DNA of 64,000 nucleotides from the NCBI GenBank assembly GCA_964016885.1, contig OZ024740.1, forward strand, positions 426,312,001 to 426,376,000. Direction: 5' to 3'. Below the pieces are notes generated by a model, which saw only the letters and a list, made by a program, of their open reading frames with translations, did no database searches and was not told where the DNA came from. Below, one piece after another: positions 43,313 to 58,640 of this stretch; position 1 is the stretch's first letter, and each line of letters starts with the position of its first letter. Source of the DNA: Eledone cirrhosa. Taxonomy: Eukaryota. Both the position numbers and the translations under genes were made by a program.

Positions 43313-46300
43313 GTGGGCGTGTCTGTATCTCTGTGACCTAAATTAAAAAGATGAGGAGTCCGCAGTTATACCATCGTTTCTCATGTCTGTTGGATTAAAA
43401 CGACATATTGGATGTTGTCATTTAGAACTACAGAACTATATAATAATGTAATGAAGTCAAAGCGGCAGTCTACTGAATTGGTCATTCTCAGTTCTTTGAA
43501 ATCTTAACATCCATATTAACTGATTGCTCTCTTCTTTTTTTTTTGGGGGGGGGGGTGTAGAGTGGGGGGGGGGGCTTTAATCTCCACGTTTAGAGGATCT
43601 AATGATCTAATGTTTCTGTAAGTTTCTCTACTTTCTGTAGAGTTGTTGTTGTTTTGCGGCTGTGTCCTTGAAGGAGCTTTTACCTAATTCATTAATTTAA
43701 TAATTTCTTAATCCGTTGTCATTGGGTTAGTTACCCTCTCTTACTTGACACTGGGGTAGTTACCCTCTCTTACTTGTCATTGGGTTAGTTACCCTCTCTT
43801 ACTTGACAATGGGGTAGTTACCCTCTCATACTTGACAATGGGGTAGTTACCCTCTCTTACTTGTCATTGGGTTAGTTACCCTCTCTTACTTGACAATGGG
43901 GTAGTTACCCTCTCATACTTGACAATGGGGTAGTTATCCTCTCTTACTTGTCATTGGGTTAGTTACCCTCTCTTACTTGACAATGGGGTAGTTACCCTCT
44001 CATACTTGACAATGGGGTAGTTACCCTCTCATACTTGACGATGGTGTAGTTACCCTCTCTTACTTGACAAAGGGGTAGTTACCCTCTCTTACTTGACAAT
44101 GGGGTAGTTACCCTCTCTTACTTGTCATTGGGTTAGTTACCCTCGCTTACTTGACACTGGGGTAGTTACCCTCTCATACTTGACAATGGGGTAGTTACCC
44201 TCTCTTACTTGACAATGGGGTAGTTACCCTCTCTTACTTGACAATGGGGTAGTTACCCTCTCTTACTTGACAATGGGGAAGGTACCCTCTCTTACTTGAC
44301 AATGGGGTAGCTACCCTCTAAAAATTGACACTGGGTTAGTTACCCTCTCTTACTTGACACTGGGGTAGTTACCCTCTCTTACTTGACAATGGATTAGTTA
44401 CCCTTGCTTACTTGACAATGGGATAGTTACCCTCTCATACTTGACAATGGGGTAGTTACCCTCTCTTACTTGACAATGGGTTAGTTACCCTCACTTACTT
44501 GAAAATGGGGTAGTTACCCTCTCTTACTTGACAATGGGGTAGTTACCCTCTCATAGTTGACACTGGGTTAGTTACCCTCTCTCACTTGTCACTGGGGTAG
44601 TTACCCTCTCTTACTTGACAATGGGATAGTTATCCTCTCTTACTTGTCACTGGGGTAGTTACCCTCTCTTACTTGACAATGGGGTAGTTACCCTCACTTA
44701 CTTGTCAATGGGGTAGTTACCCTCACTTACTTGACAATGGGGTAGTTACCCTCTCTTACTTGACAATGGGGTAGTTAGCCTCTCTTACTTGACAATGGGG
44801 TAAAAGAGGGTAACTACACCAGAGACAAGTAAGAGAGGGTAACTATCCCATTGACAAGTAAGAGAGGGTAACTATCCCATTATCAAGTTAGAGAGGGTAA
44901 CTACCCCATTGTCAAGTTAGAGAGGGTAACTACCCCATTGTCAAGTAAGAGAGGGTAACTATACCATTGACAAGTAAGAGAGGGTGACTATCCCATTGTC
45001 AAGTAAGAGAAGGTAACTACCCCATTGACAAGTACAAGAGGGTAACTACCCCATAGACAAGTAAGAGAGGGTAACTACCCCAGTTACAAGTATGAGAGGG
45101 TAACTACCCCATTGTCAAGTAAGAGAGGGTAACTACCCCCAGTTACAAGTAAGAGAGGGTAACTACCCCATTGTCAAGTAAGAGAGGGTAACTATCCCAT
45201 TGTCAAGTAAGAGAGGGTAACTACCCCAGTTACAAGTACGAGAGGGTAACTACCACATAGTCAAGTAAGAGAGGGTAAGAGGATATCTACCCCATTGTTA
45301 ATTAAGAGAGAGTGACTACCCCATTGACAAGTCAAAGAGGGTAAATACCCCAATGTCAAGTAAGAGAGGGTAGCTACCCCGTTGACAAGTAAGAGAGGGT
45401 AACTATCCCATTGACAAGTAAGAGAGGGTAACTACCACATTGTCAAGTAAGAGAGGGTAACTACCACATTGTCAAGTAAGAGAGGGTAACTACCACATTG
45501 TCAAGTAAGTGAGGGTAACTACCCCATTGTCTAGTAAGAGAGGGTAACTACCCCATTGACAAGTAAGAGAGGGTAACTATCCCATTGAAAAGTAATGAGG
45601 GTAACTACCCCATTGACAAGTACAAGAGGGTAACTACCCCATTGTCAAGTAAGTGAGGGTAACTACCCCATTGAAAAGTAAGAAAGGGTAACTACCCAAT
45701 TGTCAAGTAAAATAGGGTAACTACCACATTGACAAGTAAGAGAGGGTAACTACCCCATTGTCAAGTAAGAGAGGGTAACTACCCCATAGACAAGTAAGAG
45801 AGGGTAACTACCCCGTGCTCGAATAAGAGAGGGTAATTACCCCATTGTCAAGTAAGAGAGGGTAGTATTCCATTGATAAGTATAAGAGGGTAACTATCCC
45901 ATTGTCAAGTAAGGGAGGGTAACTACCCGATTGTCAAGTAAGAATGGGTAACTACCACATTGTCAATTATGAGAGGGTAACCACCCTATTGACAAGTAAG
46001 AGAGGATATCTACCCCATTGTTAAGTAAGAGAGGGTGACAACATCATTGACAAGTAAAAGAGGGTAACTACCCCAATGTCAAATAAGAGAGGGTAACTAC
46101 CCCGTTCTCAAGTAGGGGAGGGTAACTATTCCATTGACAAGTAAGAGAGGGTAACTACCCCATTGACAAGTACAAGAGGGTAACTACCCCAATGTCAAGT
46201 AAGAGAGAGGAACTACCCCATTGAAAAGTAAGAAAGGTTAGCTACCCCATTGAAAAGTAAGAAAGGGTAACTACCCAATTATCAAGTAGGAGAGGGTAAC

Positions 46301-49300
46301 TACCCCATTGACAAGTTATAGAGGGTAACTACCCCATTGACAAGTAAGAGAGGGTAGCTACCCCATTGAAAAGTAAGAAAGGGTAACTACCCAATTATCA
46401 AGTAAAAGAGGGTAACTACCCCATTGACAAGTAAGAGAGGGTAACTACCCCATTGACAAGTAATAGAGGGTAACTAACCCATTGGCAAGTTAGAGAGGGT
46501 AGCTACCCCAATGAAAAGTAAGAAAGGGTAACTATCCCATTGTCAAGTAGGAGAAGGTAACTACCCCATTGTCAAGTAAGATAGGGTAACTACCCTATAG
46601 ACAAGTAAAAGAGGGTAACTACCCCATTGTCACGTAAGAGAGGGTACTATCACATTGATAAGTAAGAGAGGGTAACTACCCCATTGTCAAGTAAGAATGG
46701 GTAACTAGCACATTGACAATTATGTGAGGGTAATTACCCCATTGACAAGTATGAGAGGATATCTACCCCATTGTTAAGTAAGAGAGGGTGACTACCCCAT
46801 TGACAAGTAAAAGAGGGTAACTATCACATTGTCAAGTCGGAGACGGTAACTATCCCATTGACAAGTAGGAGAGGGTAAATATACCATTGTCAAGTAAGAG
46901 TGGGTAACTACCCCATTGTCAAGTAAGAGAGGGTAACTATCCCTTTGACAAGTAAGAGAGGGAAACTACCCCATTGTCTAGTAAGAGAGGGTAACTACCC
47001 CATTGACAAGTAAGAGAGGGTAACTATCCCATTGAAAAGTAATTAGGGTAACTACCCATTGACAAGTACAAGAGGGTAACTACCCCAATGTCAAGTAAGA
47101 GAGGGTAACTACCCCATTGAAAAGTAGGAAAGATTAGCTACCCCATTGAAAAGTAAGAAAGGGTAACTACCCAATTATCAAGTAGGAGAGGGTAACTACC
47201 CCATTGACAAGTAATATAGGGTAATTACCCCATTGACAAGTAACTGTGGGTAGCTACCCCATTTAAAAGTGAGAAAGGGTAACTACCCAATTGTCAAGTA
47301 AAAGAGGGTAACTACCCCATTGACAAATACAGAGAGGGTAACTACCACATTGACAAGTAAGAGAGGGTAACTACCCCATTGTCAATAAAGAGAGGGTAAC
47401 TACCCAATTGACAAGTAAGAGAGGGTAACTACCCCATGGTCGAATAAGTGAAGGTAATTACCCCATTGTCAAGTAAGAGAGGGTAGTATCCCATTGAAAA
47501 GTATAAGAGGGTAATTATCCCATTGTCAAGTAAGGGAGGGTAACTACCCGATTGTCAAGTAAGAATGGGTAACTACCACATTGTCAATTATGAGAGGGTA
47601 ACTACCCAATTGACAAGTAAGAGAAGATATCTACCCCATTGTTAAGTAAGAGAGGGTGACAACGCCATTGACAAGTAAAAGAGGGTAACTACCCCAATGT
47701 CGAGTAAGAGAGGGTAACTACCCCGTTCTCAAGTAGGAGAGTGTAATTATTCCATTGACAAGTAAGAGAGGGTAACTACCCCATTCTCAAGTAAGAGAGG
47801 GTAACTACCCCGTTGTCAACTAAGAATGGAAAATTAACCCATTGTCAAGTAAGGAAGGGTAACAACTCCATTGACAAGTAAGAAAGGGTAACTACCCCAT
47901 TCTCAAGTAAGAGAGGGTTACTACCCCAGTTACAAGTAAGAGAGGGTAACTACCCCATTGTCAAGTAAGAGAGGGTAACTATCCCAATGGACAGGTAAGA
48001 GAGGGTAACTGTCCCATTGTCAAGTAAGAGAGGGTAACTACCCCAGTTACAAGTAAGAGAGGGTAAATACCACATTGTCAAGTAAAAGAGGGTAACTACC
48101 CCATTGTCTAGTAAGAGAGGGTAACTATCCCATTGAAAAGTAATGAGGGTAACTACCCCATTGACAAGTAAAAGAGGGTAACTACCCCAATGTCAAGTAA
48201 AAGAGGGTAACTACCCCATTGAAAAGTAGGAAATGTTAGGTACCCCATTGAAAAGTAAGAGAGGGTAACTACCCAATTATCAAGTAGGAGAGGGTAACTA
48301 CCCCATTGACAAGTTATAGAGGGTAACTACCCCATTGACAAGTAACTGAGGGTTGCTACCCCATTGAAAAGCAAGAAAGGGTAACTACCCAATTGTCAAG
48401 TAAAAGAGGGTAACTACCACATTGACAAGTAAGAGAGGGTAACTACCCCATTGTCAAGTAAGTGAGGGTAACTACCCCATTGACAAGTAAGTGAGGGTAA
48501 CTACCCCATGGCCGAATAAGAGAGGGTAATTACCCCATTGTCATGTAAGAGAGTGAAGTATTCCATTGATAAGTATAAGAGGGTAACTATCCCATTGTCA
48601 AGTAAGGGAGGGTAACTACCCGATTGTCAAGTAAGAATGGGTAACTACCACATTGTCAATTATGTGAGGGTAACTACCCAATTGACAAGTAAGAGAGGAT
48701 ATCTACCCCATTGTTAAGTAAGAGAGGGTGACAACCCCATTGACAAGTAAAAGAGCGTAACTACCCCAATGTCAAGTAAGAGAGGGTAACTACCCCGTTC
48801 TCAAGTAAGAGAGGGTAACTATTCCATTGACAAGTAAGAGAGGGTAACTACCCCATTGACAAGTACAAGAGGGTAATTACCCCAATGTCAAGTAAGAGAG
48901 AGTAACTACCCCATTGAAAAGTAAGAAATATTAGCTACCCCATTGAAAAGTAAGAAAGGGTAACTACCCAATTATCAAGTACGAGAGGGTAACTACCCCA
49001 TTGACAAGTTATAGAGGGTAACTACCCCATTGACAAGTAAGAGAGTGTAGCTACCCCATTGAAAAGTAAGAAAGGGTAACTACCCAATTATCAAGTAGGA
49101 GAGGGTAACTACCGCATTGACAAGTAAGAGAGGGTAACAACCCCATTGACAAGTAATAGAGGGTAACTACCCCATTGGCAAGTAAATGAGGGTAGCTACC
49201 CCAATGAAAAGTAAGAAAGGGTAACTACCCAATTGTCAAGTAGGAGAAGGTAACTACCCCATTGTCAAGTAAGAGAGGGTAACTACCCTATTGACAAGTA

Positions 49301-52300
49301 AAAGAGGGTAACTACCCCATGGTCGAATAAGAGAGAGTAATTACCCCATTGTCAAGTAAGAGAGGGTACTATCACATTGATAAGTAAGAGAGCGTAACTA
49401 TCCCATTGTCAAGTAAGAGAGGGCAACTACCCCATTGTCAAGTAAGAATGGGTAACTAGCACATTGACAATTATGTGAGGGTAATTACCCCATTGAAAAG
49501 TAAGAGAGGATAACTACCCCATTGTTAAGTAAGAGAGGGTGACTACCCCATTGACAAGAAAAAGAGGGTAACTACCCCATTGACAAGTAAGAGAGGATAA
49601 CTATCCCATTGTCAAGTTAGAAGGGTAACTACCCCATTGACAAGTAGGAGAGGGTAACTATCCCATTGAAAAGTAACGAGGGTAACTACCCCATTGACAA
49701 GTACAAGAGGGTAACTACCCCAATGTCAAGTAAGAGAGGGTAACTACCCCATTGAAAAGTAGGAAAGATTAGCTACCCCAATGAAAAGTAAAAAGGGTAA
49801 CTACCCAATTAACAAGTAGGAGAGGGTAACTACCCCATTGACAAGTAATAGAGGGTAACTACCCCATTGACAAGTAACTGAGGGTAGCTACCCCATTGAA
49901 AAGTTAGAAAAGGTAACTACCCAATTGTCAAGTAAAAGAGGGTAACTACCCCATTGACAAGTACAGAGAGGGTAACTACCACATTGACAAGTAAGAGAGG
50001 GTATCTACCCCATGGTCGAATAAGAGAGGGTAATTACCCCATTGTCAAGTAAGAGAGGGTAGTATCCCATTGATAAGTATAAGAGGATAACTATCCCATT
50101 GTCAAGTAAGGGAGGGTAACTACCCGATTGTCAAGTAAGAATGGGTAACTACCACATTGTCAATTATGAGAGGGTAACTACCCAATTGACAAGTAAGAGA
50201 GGATATCTACCCCATTGTTAAGTAAGAGAGGGTGACAACCCCATTGACAAGTATAAGAGGGTAACTACCCCAATGTCAAGTAAGAGAGGGTAACTACCCC
50301 GTTCTCAAGTAGGAGAGGGTAATTATTCCATTGACAAGTAAGAGAGGGTAACTACCACATTGTCAACTAAGAATGGAAAACTAACCCATTGTCAAGTAAG
50401 AGAGGGTAACTACCCCATTGAAAAGTAATGAGGGTAACTACCCCATTGACAAGTACAAGAGGGTAACTACCCCATGATCAAGTACGAGAGGGTAGCTACC
50501 GAAATATCAAGTAAGAGAGGGTAACTACCCCATTGACAATTAAGAGAGGATAACTACCCCATTGTCAAGTAAGGAAGGGTAACTACCCCATTTACAAGTA
50601 AGAGAGGATAACTACCCCATTCTCAAGTAAGAGAGGGTAACTACCCCATTGAAAAGTAATGAGGGTAACTACCCCATTGACAAGTACAAGAGGGTAACTA
50701 CCCCATGATCAAGTACGAGAGGGTAGCTACCGAAATATCAAGTAAGAGAGGGTAACTACCCCATTGACAAGTAAGAGAGGATAACTACCCCATTGTCAAG
50801 TAAGAGATGGTAACTACCCCATTTACAAGTAAGAGAGGATAACTAACCCATTGTCAAGTAAGAGAGGGTAACTACCCCAAGTTCACGAAGGGGAGGGTAA
50901 CTACACAAATGTCAATTATAAGAGGGTTACTACCCCATTGACAAGTAGAGAGGGTAACTACCCCAGTGGCAAGAAAGAGAGGGTAACTACCCCAATGTCA
51001 TGTAAGAGAGGGTAACTACCCCATTGACAAGTAGAGAGGTTAACTACCCAATTGACAAGTAAGAGAGGGTAACTGCCCCCATTGTCAAGTAATAGAGGGT
51101 AACTATCACATTGTCACGTAGGAGAGTGTAACTACCCCATTGTCAATTAAGAGAGGGTGACTACCCCATTGACAAGTACGAGGGTAACTACCCCATTGTC
51201 AAATAAAAGAGGCTAACTACCCCATTGACAAGTAAGAGAGGGTAACTACACCATTGTCAAGTACAGAGGGTAACTACTTTATTGTCAAGTAAATAGAGGG
51301 TAACTACTTGTCATTGGGGTAGTCGCACTTTCTTACTTGCCATGGGGTATTTACCCTTTTCGTACTTGACAATGGGGTAGTTACACTTTTTACTCGTCAA
51401 TGGGGTACTTACCCTCTTTTACTTGTCAATGGGGTAGTTAACATCTCTTACTTGACAACGGGGTAGTTACCCTCACTTACTTGACAATGGGGTAGTTACC
51501 CTCACTTACTTGTCAATGGGGTAGTTACTCTTTCTTACTTGACAATGGGTTAGTTTTCGTCTCTTAGTTGACAGTAGGGTAGTTACACTCTCTTACTTGT
51601 CAATGGGGTAGATACCCTCTCTTAATTATTAATGGGGTAGTTACCCTCTCTACTTGACATTGGGTTAGTTACCCTCTAGTACTTGTTAATAGGGTAGTTA
51701 CCCTCACTTACTTATCAATGCGGTAGTTACCCTCATATATTTGTCACTGCGGTAGTTACCCCCTTTACTTGTCAATGTGGTAGTTACCCTCATATACTTG
51801 ACAATGGGCTAGTTACCCTCAATTACTTGTCAATGGGATAGTTACCCTCTCCTACTTGACAATAGGGTAGTTACCCTCTCTTACTTGTCAATGGGGTAGA
51901 TACACTCTCCACGTGTCAATGGGGTCGATACCCTCTCTTACTTGTCAATAGGGTAGTTACCCTCTCTACTTGTCAATGAGGTATTTACCCTCTCTTGTCA
52001 ATGGGGTAGTTACCCTCTCTTACTTGACAATGGGGTAGTTACCCTTTCTTACTTGTCAATGGGGTAGCTACCCTCTCTTACTTGACAATGAGCTAGTTAC
52101 CCTCGTTACTTGTCAATGGGGTAGCTACCCTCTCTTACTTGACAATGAGGTAGTTACCCTCTCTTACTTGTCAATGGGGGAGTTACCCTCTCTTACATGT
52201 CACTGGGGTAGTTACCGTCTCTTACTTGACAATGGGATAGTTACCCTCTCTACTTGACAATGGGGTAGTTACCCTCTCGTACTTGACGATGGGGTAGTTA

Positions 52301-55300
52301 CCCTCGTTTCTTGTCAGTGGGGTAGTTACCCTCTTGTACTTGACAATAGGGTAGTTACCCCTATACTTGTCAATGGGGTAGTTACCCTCTCTTTCTTGTC
52401 ACCAGGGTAGTTACCCTCTATTACTTGTCAATGTGGTAGTTACCCTCTCTAACTTGTCAATGGGGTAGTTACCCTCTCATACTTGACCATGGTGTAGTTA
52501 CCCTCTCTTACTTGTCAATGGGGTAGTTACCCTCATTTACTTGACAATGGGCTAGTTACTCTCCTTTCTTGTCAATGGGATAGTTACCCTCTCCTACTTG
52601 AAAATAGGGTAGTTAACCTCGCTTACTTAACAATGGGGTAGATACACTCTCCACTTGTCAATGGGGTCGATACCCTTTCTTCCTTGTCAATGGGGTAGTT
52701 ACCCTCTCATACTTGACCATGGGGTAGTTACCCTCTCTTACTTATCAATGGGGTAGATACCCTATCTACTTGTCAATGTGGTATTTACCCTCTCATTCTT
52801 GTCATTGGGGTAGTTACCCTCTCTTACTTGTCAATGGGGTAGGTACCCTCTCTTACTTGTAAATGGGGTAGTTACCCTTATTACTTGACAACAGGGTATT
52901 TACCCTCACTTACTTGTCAATGGGGTACTTACCCTCTCTTACTTGTCAATGGGGTAGTTACCCTCTCTTACTTGTCAATGGGGTAGTTACCCTCTTTTAC
53001 TTGTCACTGGGGTAGATACCTTGTCTTACTTGTCAATGGGGTAGTTACCCTCTCTTACTTGTCAATGGGGTAGTTACCCTCTCTTACTTGTCAATGTGGT
53101 AGTTATCCTCTCTTACTTGATAATGGGGTAGTTACTCTCTCTTACTTGTCAATGGGGTAGTTACCCTTTTTTACTTGACAACAGGGTATTTACCGTCTAT
53201 TAATTGACAATGGGGTAGATACCCTCCATACTTGACATTTGGGTAGTTACCCTCTCTTACTTGTCAATGGGGTAGTTACTCTCTCTACTTGACATTGGGG
53301 TAGTTACCCTCTATACTTGACATTGGGGTAGATACCCTCTCTTACTTGTCACTGGGATAAGTACCCCCTTTACTTGTCAATGTGGTAGATACCCTCTCTA
53401 CTTGTCAATGGGGTAGATACCCTCTTTTACTTGTCAATGGGGTAGTTACCCTCTCTACTTGACATTGGGGTGGTTACCCCCTCCTACTTGTCAATGGGGT
53501 AGTTACCCTCACTTACTTGTCAATGGGATAGTTACCCTCTCTTACTTGACAATGGGGTAGTTACCCTCCCCTATGTGTCAATGGGGTAGTTACCATTTAA
53601 TACTTGACAATTGGGTAGTTACCCTCTCTTCCTTGTCAATGGGGTAGTTACCCTCTCCTAATTGTCACTGGGGTATTTACCCTCTCTTACTTGTCAATGG
53701 GGTAGTTACCCTCTCATACTTGAGACTGGGGTAGTTACCCTCTACTACTTGTCAATGGGGTAGCTACCCTCTTTTACTTGACAATGAGGTAGTTACCCTC
53801 TCTTACTTGACAATGGGGTAGTTACCCTCTTTATTTATCACTGGGGTAGTTACCCTCACTTACTTGTCAATGGGATAGTTACCCTCTCATACTTGTCAAT
53901 GTGATAGTTACCCTCTCCTATTTGTCAATGTCGGTAATTACCCTCTCTTACTTGTCAATGGGGTAGTTACCCTCTCTTACTTGTCACTGGGGTAGTTACC
54001 AACTCTTACTTGAAAATTGGGTAGTTACCCTCACTTACTTGACAATGGGGTAGTTACCCCTATACTTGTCAATGGAATAGTTACCCTCTCGTTCTTGTAC
54101 TGGGATAGTTACACTCCTGTACTTGACAATGGGGTAGTTACCCTCTCTTACTTGTCACTGGAGTAGTTACCCTCTCTTAATTGACAATGGGGTAGTTACC
54201 CTCTCTTACTTGTCAATGGGGTAGTTACCCTCTCTTACTTGTCAATGGGGTAGTTACCCTTCTTTACTTGACAGCAGGGTATTTACCCTATCTTACTTGA
54301 CAATGGTGTAATTACCCTTTTTTACTTGACAACAGGGTATTTACCCTCTCTTACTTGTCAATGGGGTAGGTACCCTCTCTTACTTGTCAATGTAGTAGTT
54401 ACCCTTTTTTACTTGACAACAGGGTATTTACCCTCTCTTACTTGTCAATGGGGTAGGTACCCTCTCTTACTTGTCAATGGAGTACTTACCCTCTCTTACT
54501 TGACAATGGGGTAGTTACCCTCTCTTACTTGTCAATGGGGTAGTTACCCTTTTTTACTTGACAACTGGGTATTTACCCTCTCTTACTTGTCAATGGGGTA
54601 GTTACCTCTCTTACTTGACAACAGGGTAGTTACCCTCCTTTTCTTGTCAATGGGGTAGTTACCCTCTCTTACTTGTCAATGGGGTAGTTACCCTCTCTTA
54701 CTTGATAATGGGGTAGTTACTCTCTCTTACTTGTCAATGGGATAGTTACCCTCTCTACTTGACAATGGGGTAGTTACCCTCTCGTACTTGACGATGGGGT
54801 AGTTACCCTCGTTTCTTGTCAGTGGGGTAGTTACCCTCTTGTACTTGACAATAGGGTAGTTACCCCTATACTTGTCAATGGGGTAGTTACCCTCTCTTTC
54901 TTGTCACCAGGGTAGTTACCCTCTATTACTTGTCAATGTGGTAGTTACCCTCTCTAACTTGTCAATGGGGTAGTTACCCTCTCATACTTGACCATGGTGT
55001 AGTTACCCTCTCTTACTTGTCAATGGGGTAGTTACCCTCATTTACTTGACAATGGGCTAGTTACTCTCCTTTCTTGTCAATGGGATAGTTACCCTCTCCT
55101 ACTTGAAAATAGGGTAGTTAACCTCGCTTACTTAACAATGGGGTAGATACACTCTCCACTTGTCAATGGGGTCGATACCCTTTCTTCCTTGTCAATGGGG
55201 TAGTTACCCTCTCATACTTGACCATGGGGTAGTTACCCTCTCTTACTTATCAATGGGGTAGATACCCTATCTACTTGTCAATGTGGTATTTACCCTCTCA

Positions 55301-58300
55301 TTCTTGTCATTGGGGTAGTTACCCTCTCTTACTTGTCAATGGGGTAGGTACCCTCTCTTACTTGTAAATGGGGTAGTTACCCTTATTACTTGACAACAGG
55401 GTATTTACCCTCACTTACTTGTCAATGGGGTACTTACCCTCTCTTACTTGTCAATGGGGTAGTTACCCTCTCTTACTTGTCAATGGGGTAGTTACCCTCT
55501 TTTACTTGTCACTGGGGTAGATACCTTGTCTTACTTGTCAATGGGGTAGTTACCCTCTCTTACTTGTCAATGGGGTAGTTACCCTCTCTTACTTGTCAAT
55601 GTGGTAGTTATCCTCTCTTACTTGATAATGGGGTAGTTACTCTCTCTTACTTGTCAATGGGGTAGTTACCCTTTTTTACTTGACAACAGGGTATTTACCG
55701 TCTATTAATTGACAATGGGGTAGATACCCTCCATACTTGACATTTGGGTAGTTACCCTCTCTTACTTGTCAATGGGGTAGTTACTCTCTCTACTTGACAT
55801 TGGGGTAGTTACCCTCTATACTTGACATTGGGGTAGATACCCTCTCTTACTTGTCACTGGGATAAGTACCCCCTTTACTTGTCAATGTGGTAGATACCCT
55901 CTCTACTTGTCAATGGGGTAGATACCCTCTTTTACTTGTCAATGGGGTAGTTACCCTCTCTACTTGACATTGGGGTGGTTACCCCCTCCTACTTGTCAAT
56001 GGGGTAGTTACCCTCACTTACTTGTCAATGGGATAGTTACCCTCTCTTACTTGACAATGGGGTAGTTACCCTCCCCTATGTGTCAATGGGGTAGTTACCA
56101 TTTAATACTTGACAATTGGGTAGTTACCCTCTCTTCCTTGTCAATGGGGTAGTTACCCTCTCCTAATTGTCACTGGGGTATTTACCCTCTCTTACTTGTC
56201 AATGGGGTAGTTACCCTCTCATACTTGAGACTGGGGTAGTTACCCTCTACTACTTGTCAATGGGGTAGCTACCCTCTTTTACTTGACAATGAGGTAGTTA
56301 CCCTCTCTTACTTGACAATGGGGTAGTTACCCTCTTTATTTATCACTGGGGTAGTTACCCTCACTTACTTGTCAATGGGATAGTTACCCTCTCATACTTG
56401 TCAATGTGATAGTTACCCTCTCCTATTTGTCAATGTCGGTAATTACCCTCTCTTACTTGTCAATGGGGTAGTTACCCTCTCTTACTTGTCACTGGGGTAG
56501 TTACCAACTCTTACTTGAAAATTGGGTAGTTACCCTCACTTACTTGACAATGGGGTAGTTACCCCTATACTTGTCAATGGAATAGTTACCCTCTCGTTCT
56601 TGTACTGGGATAGTTACACTCCTGTACTTGACAATGGGGTAGTTACCCTCTCTTACTTGTCACTGGAGTAGTTACCCTCTCTTAATTGACAATGGGGTAG
56701 TTACCCTCTCTTACTTGTCAATGGGGTAGTTACCCTCTCTTACTTGTCAATGGGGTAGTTACCCTTCTTTACTTGACAGCAGGGTATTTACCCTATCTTA
56801 CTTGACAATGGTGTAATTACCCTTTTTTACTTGACAACAGGGTATTTACCCTCTCTTACTTGTCAATGGGGTAGGTACCCTCTCTTACTTGTCAATGTAG
56901 TAGTTACCCTTTTTTACTTGACAACAGGGTATTTACCCTCTCTTACTTGTCAATGGGGTAGGTACCCTCTCTTACTTGTCAATGGAGTACTTACCCTCTC
57001 TTACTTGACAATGGGGTAGTTACCCTCTCTTACTTGTCAATGGGGTAGTTACCCTTTTTTACTTGACAACTGGGTATTTACCCTCTCTTACTTGTCAATG
57101 GGGTAGTTACCTCTCTTACTTGACAACAGGGTAGTTACCCTCCTTTTCTTGTCAATGGGGTAGTTACCCTCTCTTACTTGTCAATGGGGTAGTTACCCTC
57201 TCTTACTTGATAATGGGGTAGTTACTCTCTCTTACTTGTCAATGGGGTAGTTACCCTTTTTTACATGACAACAGGGTATTTACGCTCTCTTACTTGTCAA
57301 TGGGGTAGGTACCCTCTCTTACTTGTCAATGGGGTAGTTACCCTCTCTTACTTGACAATAGGGTATTACCCTCGCTTAATTGTCGATGGGGTAGTTACCC
57401 TCTCTTACTTGACAATGGGGTAGTTACCCTCCCTTACTTGTCACTGGGGTAGTTACCCTCTCTTACTTGACAATGGGGTAGCTACCCTCTCTTACTTGAC
57501 AATGGTGTAGTTACCCTTTCTTACTTGTCAATGGGGTATCTACCCTCTCTTACTTGACAATGAGGTAGTTACCCTCTTTTACTTGTCAATGGGGTAGTTA
57601 CCCTCTTATATTTGTCACTGGGGTAGTCACCCTCTCTTACTTGACAACAGGGTATTTACCCTCTCTCTACTTGACATTGGGGTAGTTACCCTCTATACTT
57701 GACATTGGGCTAGATACCCTCCCTTACTTGTCACTGGGATAGTTACCCCCTTTACTTGTCAATGTGGTAGATACCCTCGCTTACTTGTCAATGGGGTAGT
57801 TACCCTCTTTTACTTGACAATGGGGTAGTTACCCTCATTACTTGTCAATGGGGTAGTTACCCTCTATACTTGTCAATGGGGTAGTTACTCTCTCTTATTT
57901 GTCACTGGAGTAGTCACCCTCTCTTACTTGACAATGGGGTAGTTACCCTCTCTTACTTGACAATGGGGTAGCTACCCTCTCTTACTTGACAATGGTGTAG
58001 TTACCCTTTCTTACTTGTCAATGGGGTAGCTACCCTCTCTTACTTGACAATGAGGTAATTACCCTCTCCTACTTGTCAATGGGGTAGTTAACCTGTTATA
58101 TTTGTCACTGGGGTAGTCACCCTCTCTTACTTGACAACCGGGTATTTACCCTCTCTTACTTGGCAATGGGGTAGATACCCTCATTACTTGACAATGGGGT
58201 AGTTACCCTCTCTTACTTGTCAATGTGGTAGTTACTCTCTCTACTTGACATTGGGGTAGTTACCCTCTATACTTGACATTGGGGTAGATACCCTCCCTTA

Positions 58301-58640
58301 CTTGTCACTGGGATAGTTACCCCCTTTACTTGTCGATGTGGTAGATACCCTCTCTTACTTGTCAATGGGGTAGATACCCTCTCTTACTTGTGAATGGGAT
58401 AGTTACCCACTTTACTTGTCGATGTGGTAGTTACCCTCTCTTACTTGACAATGGGGTAGTTACCCTCTCCTACTTGTCAATGGGGTAGTTACCATTTAAT
58501 ACTTCACAATTGAGTAGTTACCCTCTCTTACTTGTCAATGGGGTAGTTACCATCTCTTAATTGTCACTGGGGTATTTACCCTCTCTTACTTGTCACTGGG
58601 GTAGTTACCCTCTCTTACTTGACACTGGGGTAGTTACCCT

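Noticed and set aside
43716-44600. GGGTTAG words suggesting telomeric repeat
   Set aside because: These are single-base variants of the 29-mer, with no (TTAGGG)n run.
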